A DNA stretch of 64,000 nt from a bacterium (GCA_041649255.1 JBAZNK010000006.1:12225-76224), one strand, 5' to 3'; positions 27,913-38,108 are shown, counted from the first letter of the stretch. Numbers and translations: made by a program. Notes: generated from the letters alone by a model not told the origin.

Positions 27913-28003
27913 CCTTGTTGACATGTTTTTTATGGAAGCCTATTAAATAATGACTTGTGAACAAAAGTCAACTTTGTTGACATGCGTCAATTTTGTTGAC
28001 TTG
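27913..28003. promoter_or_regulatory. Cluster of GTTGAC-type sites, including two near-palindromes, in the 5' region of the response-regulator gene.
   Basis: ccttgttgacatg (27913-27925); gtcaactttgttgacatg (27967-27984: GTCAAC-TTT-GTTGAC); gtcaattttgttgacttg (27986-28003). Each also contains a TTGACA-like -35 hexamer. Confidence 0.4.
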
Positions 28004-28095
28004 TTTTGTATGTTTTGGTTTTTGGAATCCAAAGTCGGAGTATTGGCAGTCAGTAACAATTTTAAAAAATAGGAGAGAGACAATTTTACAGTCTC

Positions 28096-28192
28096 TATCT
28101 AAGTTTCGAGGCAGAAGTCAGGTTGTTGTAAACTAGGGAATGAACACACAAAGATCCATGAGTACGGTCTGGGAAAATGTTAAAAGTGCTGT
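28096..28192. repeat. Conserved intergenic element, family 2, copy B.
   Basis: ctatctaagtttcgagg...aagtcaggttgttgtaaactagggaatgaacacacaaagatccatgagtacggtctgggaaaatgttaaaagtgctg. About 80% matches 1266-1340 and partly matches 18805-18856. Confidence 0.5.
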
Positions 28193-28226
28193 GTTAACAC
28201 AACCTCAAAATGTCTCCGTTGAAAAA

Positions 28227-28259
28227 GGGGTTACTTTTTCCAATCCTTGCTGAGCGCTT
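28227..28259. repeat. 33-nt exact repeat (copy 1, non-coding), identical to 38166-38198.
   Basis: aaaaaggggttactttttccaatccttgctga, with similar flanks (ctccgttg / ctcgttaa). Confidence 0.8.
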
Positions 28260-28413
28260 GAGACGACAAAAATTCATTAGATAGCAGGACTTATCCCGAC
28301 AGGAAAAGGAACTATAGGAACCAGACCATTTCAATTACCACATCTGCCACCATATAAATTTATCCTATAGTATTTTTCCAAACTGTCAAACTTTTGTCTG
28401 ACACCTCTTTAAT

Positions 28414-31400
28414 TTACTTCAATAAGACCGTCTTACGAGTAAGTCTGTTGTTGTCTTTATTTAGCCTAATAAAATAGACTCCGCTTGATACTTTTTCTCC
28501 CCTGTTATTGCATCTGTCCCATACTATTGTATAATACCCCGGTTTATATTCTTTATTCGCAACAAGGTTTTTCACTGTCCTTCCTGTAATATCGTAAACA
28601 GTAAGGTTTACTGTTCCTGCACTCGGAATACCAAATCGTATGTTTGTAGAACTTAAAGCAGGATTTGGATAATTTTGGGATAAGAAAAATACTTTTGGAA
28701 TCCTTTGGTCTGAATCTTCGCCAATGGTGCGAACATAGATTGCTTTTTTCGCAATATTATTAGTTGTATCGGTTTCCGGCAAATCTGTCTCGGTAATTTT
28801 CACTATTATAGTATCTTTTACAGATACTGTAGGTGTCCACAAAGTTAGAATCTGGGCTGTACTATTTGCTTCAATCGATATTGCCTCGCTTTTTAGTTCG
28901 TGAGCAGAATCGCATAGATTTATATAGATGGTTCCAATACAGTTTACATCCCTGATGCCATTGTGTATGGTAGCACGAATGTAACAGGTATCAAGAATTC
29001 CAACAGTGTCTGGTGCGTTTATGTCTTGTTCAGCAATAAAGAGGTCAGGCAAAGTATCTGCAACAACAAAAAGTGTAATTGTATCTATTGTTTCTGCATC
29101 ATTATTGTCAACCCCTGAAAAATATATCTGGTGTGCCCCAAGAGATAAGGTACTTTTTATTGAACTTCCTCTACCAAGAGTATCATCTATGTTTGAAATC
29201 CACACAAGGCATGATTCCGGAAGAGTCCCATCTTCTTGGTCGTAAGCACTTCCTGAAAGCATTATTTCTTGAGTATGCGCAAAGCTTGAACTATCGGAAG
29301 GTTTACTTATAGAGAGAGACGGAAAGCGATTCGCTATCCCAGAAGCTGCATCCGAAGAGTCTTCTGTGCTATTAATGCCATCCGTAGCAATTATTTTGAA
29401 AAAGGCACTATCTGAGTTCAGCCAGTTGGCATCTACCGTATAACTTGTATCCTTAAGGTCAGATACAAGCGGCATCCATCCCGCACCTGATGAGCTTTTA
29501 TATAAAACAGCATAGGCAAGTGTATCCCCATCCGGGTCATCAGCAGACCACGCAACTACGATACTGTCCTGAATACTTCCGCCGGTCGGACTGAGGAGTT
29601 TAACTGTAGGAGAACTTGGAGTCAGTATCCTCTGAAATATATTTTGAGCACCGTGTTTCAGTACAATTCTGGCCGTATTCACGGGATATTCCAGCCCAAC
29701 ACAGACGTAAAACACTCCAAGACCACACGATGTATCAATCTCTGAAAAGTCCGCATTGAACTTCATACTGGCAAGCACATTACTCGTTGCATTGAGACAC
29801 TGTAGTTCATAATCTCCCTGGGTGCCGATATCTGGGTTACCTGGTTGGAGTTCGTAGAAAGGCATGGCAACGGTCGAGTCATTCGCATACAAAATAAGGT
29901 TTACAAGAAGACGTCTATCCACTTGGCTCTTCTTGGTAACACACAGTTTGGTGTACAGCGCATCAAAATCTACTTTGGGTATCCAGTGTTTTATGTTAGC
30001 ATTGTTCCCCATAAAACTGTAAACATTCGCGCCTGATGCCGAATCTTTCGGGCAGATGTTATAGATACAACCATCTCTCTTCTTCTCTGCCCACCAACCA
30101 TTACTCGCCATATACCCATTGGGATAACGTTTTTCCAGTTCCTTCCAGGGGAGAGTCTCTGGATTGTCAATATCATAGTATTCATCAAGGATGTCAAAGG
30201 AATGACTTAGTTCGTGAGCAGCACACCATTGATCGTCTTTGTAATCTCTGTAAGTTACAAGCGCAGTATATCGGTAAATCCCGCCAGCCGAGATTCCGTG
30301 CTCCGGCATATAATCTGCCGGCACGATGCCCACGGCAAGCGCATTCCCATAAGTTAAGAGGAGTTTGCTTTTCAGATACGCCATCGCACTTACTGTGATT
30401 CCGGCTGCCCCCGGGGCAGACCAGCCTTGATGGATAGCTAAGAAACGACAAGGATAAGCACTTTCCAGAAAAGAATGATTCTTCATTGAAAATTCCTTTA
30501 TTTCTTCTTCTGTAGGTCCGCTCCCTGGAAAAGACCATGCCCCCCCACGCAATCCATAATAGTAGACTATCCATTGGGGCGGCACAGGTTTGATTGTCCC
30601 GGAGGTATCCACTTCATTGTTATCTTCGTCTCTCTCGGAGATACTGTTGAGGTGGTCTACTTCAGCATTGATACTCAGACTCCCTTCATTAACAAGCCTG
30701 TAAGGTATGTAGAAATTGATAGTGTTTTGTCCATCCAGTAGTTCACGTGTTACCCAACTCTGGGAACACTTGATTGTCTTTGGACCGTCAGAGTTTACGT
30801 CAAACGCAGAAGAAAAATACTGCCCATTGAAATCCAGACGTGCAATTACGTCCTCCACCTCTTTACACCGGCCAATATTTAGGAATAACCGTACTGTGGC
30901 ACCTTTGCCGGCTTGAATCATATCCATATCATCAGTGGCTTGCATGACCTTGATTGAATCTATCCTTAAGTCAATAGAAGCCGTGCTAACATTGTAGGGA
31001 CCATCTTTTTTGAAGTTTTGGTAATTAACATAGTCACTCACTTTTTCACCAAGCTTTGCATATTTATTACCCGAATGGACTGGCCCCGTAATATTCCCCC
31101 ACCAGCAGTTTTGTGCATTTATAGTAACGGATGGGTCTGTATTGTTAATAGCGAAACTATCACTGCAAGCAAAATTATTGCCATTAGCTACAGGAGTTGC
31201 CCCACCACCCGATTGTATCCCCGACAAGGTATTATTAACTATTTCACATTGGCTTATAACAGGAGCTGAATTGCTGGTGCAGTGAATTCCTACAAGATTA
31301 TCAGCAATAAAACAATTGTTTATGGTAGGAACACCGTCAGAGCAGACTATTCCCGAGTAGTAGCAGTTTGTAATTGATGTATTGGATACGTTTGAGGAAA

Positions 31401-32034
31401 AAGTTTTCTCGAGATGGATACCCCAGTAACCACGACGTATCTCAGCCCACTGCATAGAAATCTCCGAATGGTCTGTCTCATCTCCCCATATAAATATACC
31501 ATTGAAATAGGATGTTGGTGTCTCAGGGCCAAAAAATACCGGAGTCCCTTGGGTGCCCGCTACCTCAAGAAGACCTTTTTGAACCATAATGCTCCCAAAT
31601 GTGTCTCTAAAGAAAACCTTAACACCCGGCTCTATTGTGAGTTTCCCCGAATCACCACTTACAGTAATCCCACCTTCCTCTACATAAAATGGGCTTTCAG
31701 TAGTACGCCAGATAGTGGGATACTCTATCCAGCCTTTTACCTGGCCTGTTGTGATATTTACTACTTTTGTAGAGATAGAAGTATCCTCATGAAAGTAGGC
31801 AGTGTAAGTGTACGGTGTGTTTTTTGTGAGTCCCTTGTCTCTATAGATAAGGTTCTCGCTGAAGGTTCCCAAGCAAGAACTGCCTCTGTAGAGAACACAC
31901 GAATCAGCAGTAACGAAATCTACTACGATGTGAACTTCTGTGTTTCCAACGTACCACCCTGTGATATTGTCTTCCAGTGAATAACAGATTCCTGTCCATA
32001 AAAACAAAACGCAAGCGAATAAAAGCTTATACAT
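28414..32034 (-). CDS. Secreted multidomain protein of 1206 aa. It has a parallel beta-helix, an M6 (immune inhibitor A)-like HExxH...DEY zinc-metallopeptidase motif, an FN3-like domain, two CARDB-like domains and a T9SS C-terminal sorting domain.
   Basis: AAHELSHSFDILDEYYD (compare InhA HEfGHdLGLPDEY). FN3-like LLSPTGGSIQDSIVVAWSADDPDGDTLAYAVLYK. CARDB-like blocks around ...ATVRLFLNIGRCKEVEDV... and ...LPDLFIAEQDINAPDTVGILDTCYIRATIHNG.... CTD NYPNPALSSTNIRFGIP...GVYFIRLNKDNNRLTRKTVLLK. Confidence 0.75.
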   Translation of the reverse strand: MYKLLFACVLFLWTGICYSLEDNITGWYVGNTEVHIVVDFVTADSCVLYRGSSCLGTFSENLIYRDKGLTKNTPYTYTAYFHEDTSISTKVVNITTGQVKGWIEYPTIWRTTESPFYVEEGGITVSGDSGKLTIEPGVKVFFRDTFGSIMVQKGLLEVAGTQGTPVFFGPETPTSYFNGIFIWGDETDHSEISMQWAEIRRGYWGIHLEKTFSSNVSNTSITNCYYSGIVCSDGVPTINNCFIADNLVGIHCTSNSAPVISQCEIVNNTLSGIQSGGGATPVANGNNFACSDSFAINNTDPSVTINAQNCWWGNITGPVHSGNKYAKLGEKVSDYVNYQNFKKDGPYNVSTASIDLRIDSIKVMQATDDMDMIQAGKGATVRLFLNIGRCKEVEDVIARLDFNGQYFSSAFDVNSDGPKTIKCSQSWVTRELLDGQNTINFYIPYRLVNEGSLSINAEVDHLNSISERDEDNNEVDTSGTIKPVPPQWIVYYYGLRGGAWSFPGSGPTEEEIKEFSMKNHSFLESAYPCRFLAIHQGWSAPGAAGITVSAMAYLKSKLLLTYGNALAVGIVPADYMPEHGISAGGIYRYTALVTYRDYKDDQWCAAHELSHSFDILDEYYDIDNPETLPWKELEKRYPNGYMASNGWWAEKKRDGCIYNICPKDSASGANVYSFMGNNANIKHWIPKVDFDALYTKLCVTKKSQVDRRLLVNLILYANDSTVAMPFYELQPGNPDIGTQGDYELQCLNATSNVLASMKFNADFSEIDTSCGLGVFYVCVGLEYPVNTARIVLKHGAQNIFQRILTPSSPTVKLLSPTGGSIQDSIVVAWSADDPDGDTLAYAVLYKSSSGAGWMPLVSDLKDTSYTVDANWLNSDSAFFKIIATDGINSTEDSSDAASGIANRFPSLSISKPSDSSSFAHTQEIMLSGSAYDQEDGTLPESCLVWISNIDDTLGRGSSIKSTLSLGAHQIYFSGVDNNDAETIDTITLFVVADTLPDLFIAEQDINAPDTVGILDTCYIRATIHNGIRDVNCIGTIYINLCDSAHELKSEAISIEANSTAQILTLWTPTVSVKDTIIVKITETDLPETDTTNNIAKKAIYVRTIGEDSDQRIPKVFFLSQNYPNPALSSTNIRFGIPSAGTVNLTVYDITGRTVKNLVANKEYKPGYYTIVWDRCNNRGEKVSSGVYFIRLNKDNNRLTRKTVLLK

Positions 32035-32046
32035 AAAAACACCCCC

Positions 32047-35000
32047 CTATTCCAAAAGAATAGTTTTTTTAACGTTTTTAAAATCACCTGCCTCAAAAAA
32101 TAGAAAATATACTCCCGATGCAATATTTTTTGCGTTCCATTTCACTGTGTAGTATCCCGGCGCTTGCTCTTTATCCATTAAACTCATTACCAGCCTTCCT
32201 GATAAGTCGTATAATTTTATTTTTACTTTACTCTTTTGAGGAATTTGATATCTAATATTGGTAATTTTGGAGAAGGGATTTGGATGATTTCCCAAAAACT
32301 TAAATACAAGAGGACGAACCGTACTATCTTCTGTCCCTACTTCAAAAATACGGAATGACCTGATTTCTTCACTCCATCTAAATGCATCTGTTGTATCATA
32401 TGCCAGTACTCTCCAATAATAAGTTCCTTTAGATAACGATGTAGTTATTTGATAATTTTCAGTAGATACGGAATCATAGATTACTGTAGCCGTATCACTA
32501 AAAACTGAATCCCTACTTATATGCAAAGCAAAGAGGAAGGGGTCGCTATTGGGGTCATCCGTGTTTTCCCAGGAAAAATCAGGCGTGTATGTAGAAAGAG
32601 TCTCGCCATCTGCCGGAGAAAGAAGTGAAAACTGATTTGGGGCGCTGAGCAACCATGCAAGAGACCTGTTCAAGAGTTTCTTCTTATCCCAATCATTTTC
32701 AATGTCCTCAATTCCGAAAGAGAGAAATATTCGTCTTGATGAGTTTACCTCTATGCTTAGACCGGCATGTATAGACTTAGCCTGGAATTCTATACCTTTG
32801 TCGTGCCGTCCGGGCATCTTCATGTTGGAGAATTCCTTGTTAATAAAGGGCGAATTGATAAGTGTAGTCGAATAAGTTTTCATTGATTTTTGAGCACTTG
32901 GTTGAGGAATATTGCCATCTTTCTTTGAATCATACCACAGAATCGAACTGGCAGGACTTGAATAGCTAAGCGTTTGATATGCCTGCCCGGAGATTAACCC
33001 AAGGGTAAGTCCATCACTAATGGGGTCACTACTATAGCCACTGATCTTGGTGTAGCCAATGGTGGAACTACTATATCCCGCACCCAGATAATCGCTAATA
33101 AAATCACTACTTTTTATGTCCTCGGCAATATCATGCCCGGTTATAAGAAGTTTTCCACTACCATCCAGATAACTACTAAGTGAGTCGAATACTGAGTACA
33201 TAACGCTGTTTGGACCACTCCACCAGATAACAGCATCATACGGTTTATAACTCAAGTTCCATGGTTCACCTCTGTAAGAGCAATCATATGCTCCATAGGA
33301 ATATCCGGCAAATGGCTGTTTTATGACTTCGCGTCCAAGGTCGTCAAGAACCAAAAGAAGTCCGGATGTTGGCAGAGGCACAGTCGTGAATCTACCAATA
33401 TCCGAAGTGTCCAATCCATTGCCGATGGAATCAAGAGCTTTCAGATTTATCTTGTAATTCTTGCTCGCAAGCTTCGTTCCCCAGAAGTTCCCGTAAACCA
33501 TGTCGTTAGATAAACTGTCGTTATGCATACCATCGTCATATAATTGCGCCGAATCAACTATCGTACTAATATCGCCATCCTCAAAATAGATAGTCATATT
33601 TTTGATTCCACTTCCTTCTAAAAGCCTTACATTGAATCCAAGCGTATCTCCAGGGTTGAGAGACCTCTTTGATAGTCGGTACGGATAAAACTGGATTCTG
33701 GGAGGCGTATCATCAATTATTACAATGTTAAAAGTATTCTCCCAAATGTTAGTGCCTGCATCAAAAATTGTTAAATCAACCGGAATTACTTTGTCGTGAG
33801 GGCATAACTTATTAATATTATTAATATAGAAAGAATAAGAAGGGCTAACTACCGTAGAATCAGCAAGTATAGTGCCAAAATTAACCGTATCGTTCTTAAC
33901 GGAAATATACGGACTGGAAGTTCGTATACTTGCCATTACATTATTACAATTAACCGGACCTACATTTTTTAAGGCAATAGTAAATGGAAGATAGTTGTCT
34001 CCGGGAGAAGGTATAGTGTCTGTGCCTTGGAACTTAAAAACTTCAAACTTAACCCATGGTTCATTTATGGTTGTAAACCAGATACTGTTGTTTACCGTAT
34101 TTGTGTCTGACTTTGCATCTATAGCAATAATGTCCACAAGATATCTATAAGGAGTAGGAGAGAGTGTTGTCCAGCTATTCCCATAGATTCCATCCCCGGC
34201 TGTTGAATCGTTATGTGCGCCGTCATCGTATAAAGTTAGTGAAGCCCGAATTGTTTCATCCGGAGATTCAATCTCTGCTATTACTTTTCCTATACCATCT
34301 TCATCCCAAACATTTGCCCTTATAACCACGGTCTCCCCGGGATTACACCATCCGGGAGTAACTTTTGTACAGCTTACTATGGGGATAAGACTGGGAACGA
34401 AGTCATATACACCTGTATTCCACGCATCATGCCGCCACTTTCCCCATTCTGCCATACCTGTGTTGTTTCCTATATCCCAAGCGAGAATGTAATCTTTTAT
34501 GCCAAGGATAATTTCCATGTCACTATCTTTATCCAAATCCGCCACAGCAAGCGGAGGATGGTCTCCAGTTGGTTTATTTAGAGGAAACCCATTCACCAAT
34601 GAGCCATCGGTATTAAATGCAAATAGCTTGTCCTTTGATGAACTAGCCAATATTTCCGGCTTTGAATCCCCACCTATATCCGCGATGATTGGAGAAATAA
34701 GCGTAGAATCGCCCACAGGGAAATTGGGATAGATGTTGCCATCAGATTTTATAGTATAAAGCACTCCTTGATTCGTAGTAAGTGCAATTTCTGGATTTCC
34801 GTTGCCATCAAAATCTCCAAGAGTAACTTCAAAGTGGATAGTATTTGTGTCCCCGGGAGTAACTTGAACCGGGAATCCACTCAAAAGAGTCCCATTATAT
34901 TTCCATGCAAATACACTGTCCCCGTATGCAATTACTTCTAAAGAATCATCTCCATTAATATCCCCTAATGCAGGGACGCTCCGAGAACGGTATCCACAAA

Positions 35001-38000
35001 CATGTTTGGACCAACCGGATAAGAGATTGCCATCATAGCTATATGCATATACCTTGCTTCCCGACGCAGAAGTTGTTTGAATTATTATCTCCATTTTGCC
35101 GTCACCGGTTAAATCACCAACACATGGAGGGGCAAATATATTTTCTCCGATTGATTGTGGCCAGCCCGAAATTATCTGTCCACTTGAGGAGTATATAGAT
35201 ATCTCTCCTCCTCCGGTAATAATAATTTCCAATAATCCATCATTCTGGATATCGGAAATAGCGATATAATCTCCCGTTATTACCGGCCATAATATTAGCG
35301 GGATTCCTTTGTGGTCAAAAGCATATATCTCCCCCCCGGTCGCTACAAAAATTTCCAAATCACCGTCTCTATCTATATCAACTATACATGAAGAATTAAT
35401 ATCTCCACTTTGTGATATATTCCTATCCCAGAAAGAACCATCCATAGAGGATACACAGAGTCGGCTTGCCCAATCATTGAGCAAGCTGTCATAATAACTG
35501 ACAAATCCTACAATATCCAAGTCGCCATCTTTATCAAGGTCAATGACCTGGAGATTAGATTTAAGCGCGCTCCACATACCCGTACCGGGAAAAAATTGTC
35601 CGTTAATTTTCTTTGGGAATCCTACCAAAAACAGAGAGTCAATCCCAATTGTGGAGTAACCCGTATGTTCATAATTTGCAGTAAACTCTCTCACTCTTAT
35701 TGTATAATATCCTTGCCCTGTTATACTTGCTAAATCTAAGGTAGCAAGAACACCGTCTTTCACGGGAGTGGATGATGAAACAAGGGTATCCCAGAAAACA
35801 GGTTGTTTACCTTTTCCGTATTCTACGACATAATGGTTAAATGTAGTTGATGAAGCATTACCTATGATATTTATACTCTTATCATTACGGAAGAATTCGT
35901 ATTCTGCCGGGGATGTAATGTATGCATTGTCAATTTCAACAACAATTCTCTCATCTACCGAAGACTTTCCGGTTGAGTCTAACACTACCAGTTTCAAGGT
36001 AACTGTCGTATCCGGCAGTAAACTTGAATCCAGAGTATCAAGAATCCCGGATGTAACCGGGGTATATGAAATGTCACCTATGGCAAACCATTGGGTTGGC
36101 TCAACACCCACGCCGTATTCAAAATGATAAGACGCAAACGTAGCCCCGGAAGCACCACCTTTTGTAGCACTTCCCTTTACCGTAAAAAAACCACACAGGG
36201 TATCATGGAAATCAGGAGAACTAATGTCGGCAATAGGCGCTTCATACTCTGTGATAATAGGAGTTTCCGGGTCACCTAATAAATTTATTGTGAAATAACA
36301 CCACCTCATAGTACCGGTTGCTCCAATAGAGGAGACTAAATCGTTTTTTGCATCGTTAAGTCCGGCTCCTATATTTTTTATACCTTCAGTAAATACTGCA
36401 TCAAGAAATTCTCTATCAAATGCTTCTCCAGGTCCTTCTCCTTTACCCGACATATACCAACCCACTCTTGTATTTCCTATATATGCAAACGCACCTCCCT
36501 GAGCAAAAATAAAATGCTCTGCAACTGCGTCGCTATAGTCAAAAGCAGCTGTAACACATCCCTGGGAGTAAAGCAAAAAGTATTCCGTATTTGTAAGGGC
36601 ATCAATAGTTGAGCCATCTAACTTCATAACTATGCTTGAATTTGCATGTCCAAGGTGATTAATTATATGCGGTCCCTGATTTAAATGTCCCAGGATATCG
36701 TTGAACGTGCCATCTCTTTCATATAATCGCGTTATACTGAATTGAGGAAGTAAATAAGCAACAGAATCTTTTTTATCGCATCCCCATGTATATACATCTA
36801 AAGATTCACCCACAAACAGCGCCTTATTCAAATGCTCCATATCAAGGGAATTCTCATAATGAAGCACTTTCTTGATATAATTTCCTGCTTCTGCAGGAGT
36901 ATTTACAGTAATTCTACCAACTGCAACCTCAGCCAGAAAATCCGCTTCTTCTCCTGAAGTACCGGTGCCCCCATTTGCTGAGTTTCCTTCCCCGTATACT
37001 TTGTCTCCATCTGTATCCCAATTGCCGTCTAATCCGGCATAATACAAATCGCTTGCCATTGTTGAATCCATATATGGTATGGAACCATCCGTTGCCCATG
37101 CAAACAAACCTCTTACAGGCACTATTTCAACATCCCCTCCGAGAGTTACCCATTTAAGCGGATGAGCTGTACTTCCCCATGTCTGATAACAATCAATTAT
37201 AAAATTCCTTAGCTTTTCCTGGTTATCACTTCCGGAATAATTCGCATATATTGAATCTGTTGTAAATATTTTTGCTTGTAACCCTCTTGAAATCTTCCAG
37301 TTTGTGAGAAGCTGAAAAGTATCTTTTAACCCGGAACCAGTTATTAATATATAATCATACGGATTTGATTGTGAAACAAGAGAAGATTTTGAAGTGTGTA
37401 CAGATTTTGATGTTTGTGAATAAGAAGTAATTGTATTCTTATTGTCTACCATAGCGCTTATTCTATTTAAAATACGATTGTCCCGGAAAATCATTAATTC
37501 CTGCTCTTTTTGGACTTTAAAATCAGGTGAAGTAATAACTTCTATTGTTATTCTTTTATAATAAAATATTTTTCCCTCTTTAGGAATATACCGAACGGGA
37601 TAAAATTTCGTATTTAATATATCAAAACCATTCAACCTATTAGTCATATAAGGTGACAGTGATTCGCCGGGGTATGGAGTTGATTGATTATATATTACAA
37701 GATTTTTTGATGGTTTTTTGTTTATTTTTTGTGATGTAGGGAATATTGGAGCGCCCGGTTGAATATTATAATACCCCTCAAGTGTTTCAGCTTCATAAGG
37801 AATAAAATTAATATTTGTAACCCGTTCACCAAAAGGAATTAGTATTTCTATAGGTCTCACAGGTAAAACTGGCTTTCCGGGTTCAGGCAAATCTTTCAGC
37901 CCCTGGATGTTAACACAGTCATAACTTGTCTGATGATTTTTGTAAACAGTGGGTTTTTGAAATTCATACTCAACCCTGATAACTTCTCCGTGCGCTTTTA

Positions 38001-38040
38001 TAGATAAGAGAATCAACATTAAGAAAACAGTCTTTTTCAT
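32047..38040 (-). CDS. Giant secreted protein of 1997 aa. It has an N-terminal peptidase C25 (gingipain-like) domain, multiple FG-GAP repeats, Ig-like regions and a T9SS C-terminal sorting domain.
   Basis: C25-like: YDYILITGSGLKDTFQLLTNWKISRGLQAKIF...IINHLGHANSSIVMKL. FG-GAP: IDLDKDGDLDIVGF, VDIDRDGDLEIFVATGG, DIQNDGLLEIIITGGG, GDLTGDGKMEIIIQ, GDINGDDSLEVIAYG, GDFDGNGNPEIALT, ADIGGDSKPEILAS, ADLDKDSDMEIILG. CTD GNHPNPFSKITNIRYQIP...GVYFLFFEAGDFKNVKKTILLE. Confidence 0.8.
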   Translation of the reverse strand: MKKTVFLMLILLSIKAHGEVIRVEYEFQKPTVYKNHQTSYDCVNIQGLKDLPEPGKPVLPVRPIEILIPFGERVTNINFIPYEAETLEGYYNIQPGAPIFPTSQKINKKPSKNLVIYNQSTPYPGESLSPYMTNRLNGFDILNTKFYPVRYIPKEGKIFYYKRITIEVITSPDFKVQKEQELMIFRDNRILNRISAMVDNKNTITSYSQTSKSVHTSKSSLVSQSNPYDYILITGSGLKDTFQLLTNWKISRGLQAKIFTTDSIYANYSGSDNQEKLRNFIIDCYQTWGSTAHPLKWVTLGGDVEIVPVRGLFAWATDGSIPYMDSTMASDLYYAGLDGNWDTDGDKVYGEGNSANGGTGTSGEEADFLAEVAVGRITVNTPAEAGNYIKKVLHYENSLDMEHLNKALFVGESLDVYTWGCDKKDSVAYLLPQFSITRLYERDGTFNDILGHLNQGPHIINHLGHANSSIVMKLDGSTIDALTNTEYFLLYSQGCVTAAFDYSDAVAEHFIFAQGGAFAYIGNTRVGWYMSGKGEGPGEAFDREFLDAVFTEGIKNIGAGLNDAKNDLVSSIGATGTMRWCYFTINLLGDPETPIITEYEAPIADISSPDFHDTLCGFFTVKGSATKGGASGATFASYHFEYGVGVEPTQWFAIGDISYTPVTSGILDTLDSSLLPDTTVTLKLVVLDSTGKSSVDERIVVEIDNAYITSPAEYEFFRNDKSINIIGNASSTTFNHYVVEYGKGKQPVFWDTLVSSSTPVKDGVLATLDLASITGQGYYTIRVREFTANYEHTGYSTIGIDSLFLVGFPKKINGQFFPGTGMWSALKSNLQVIDLDKDGDLDIVGFVSYYDSLLNDWASRLCVSSMDGSFWDRNISQSGDINSSCIVDIDRDGDLEIFVATGGEIYAFDHKGIPLILWPVITGDYIAISDIQNDGLLEIIITGGGEISIYSSSGQIISGWPQSIGENIFAPPCVGDLTGDGKMEIIIQTTSASGSKVYAYSYDGNLLSGWSKHVCGYRSRSVPALGDINGDDSLEVIAYGDSVFAWKYNGTLLSGFPVQVTPGDTNTIHFEVTLGDFDGNGNPEIALTTNQGVLYTIKSDGNIYPNFPVGDSTLISPIIADIGGDSKPEILASSSKDKLFAFNTDGSLVNGFPLNKPTGDHPPLAVADLDKDSDMEIILGIKDYILAWDIGNNTGMAEWGKWRHDAWNTGVYDFVPSLIPIVSCTKVTPGWCNPGETVVIRANVWDEDGIGKVIAEIESPDETIRASLTLYDDGAHNDSTAGDGIYGNSWTTLSPTPYRYLVDIIAIDAKSDTNTVNNSIWFTTINEPWVKFEVFKFQGTDTIPSPGDNYLPFTIALKNVGPVNCNNVMASIRTSSPYISVKNDTVNFGTILADSTVVSPSYSFYINNINKLCPHDKVIPVDLTIFDAGTNIWENTFNIVIIDDTPPRIQFYPYRLSKRSLNPGDTLGFNVRLLEGSGIKNMTIYFEDGDISTIVDSAQLYDDGMHNDSLSNDMVYGNFWGTKLASKNYKINLKALDSIGNGLDTSDIGRFTTVPLPTSGLLLVLDDLGREVIKQPFAGYSYGAYDCSYRGEPWNLSYKPYDAVIWWSGPNSVMYSVFDSLSSYLDGSGKLLITGHDIAEDIKSSDFISDYLGAGYSSSTIGYTKISGYSSDPISDGLTLGLISGQAYQTLSYSSPASSILWYDSKKDGNIPQPSAQKSMKTYSTTLINSPFINKEFSNMKMPGRHDKGIEFQAKSIHAGLSIEVNSSRRIFLSFGIEDIENDWDKKKLLNRSLAWLLSAPNQFSLLSPADGETLSTYTPDFSWENTDDPNSDPFLFALHISRDSVFSDTATVIYDSVSTENYQITTSLSKGTYYWRVLAYDTTDAFRWSEEIRSFRIFEVGTEDSTVRPLVFKFLGNHPNPFSKITNIRYQIPQKSKVKIKLYDLSGRLVMSLMDKEQAPGYYTVKWNAKNIASGVYFLFFEAGDFKNVKKTILLE

Positions 38041-38108
38041 TCCATCCCCCTATTTTTTTATTCCTTAGAATAATATAATACTATAACTTAAACTTGAAAC
38101 TAAAACTG

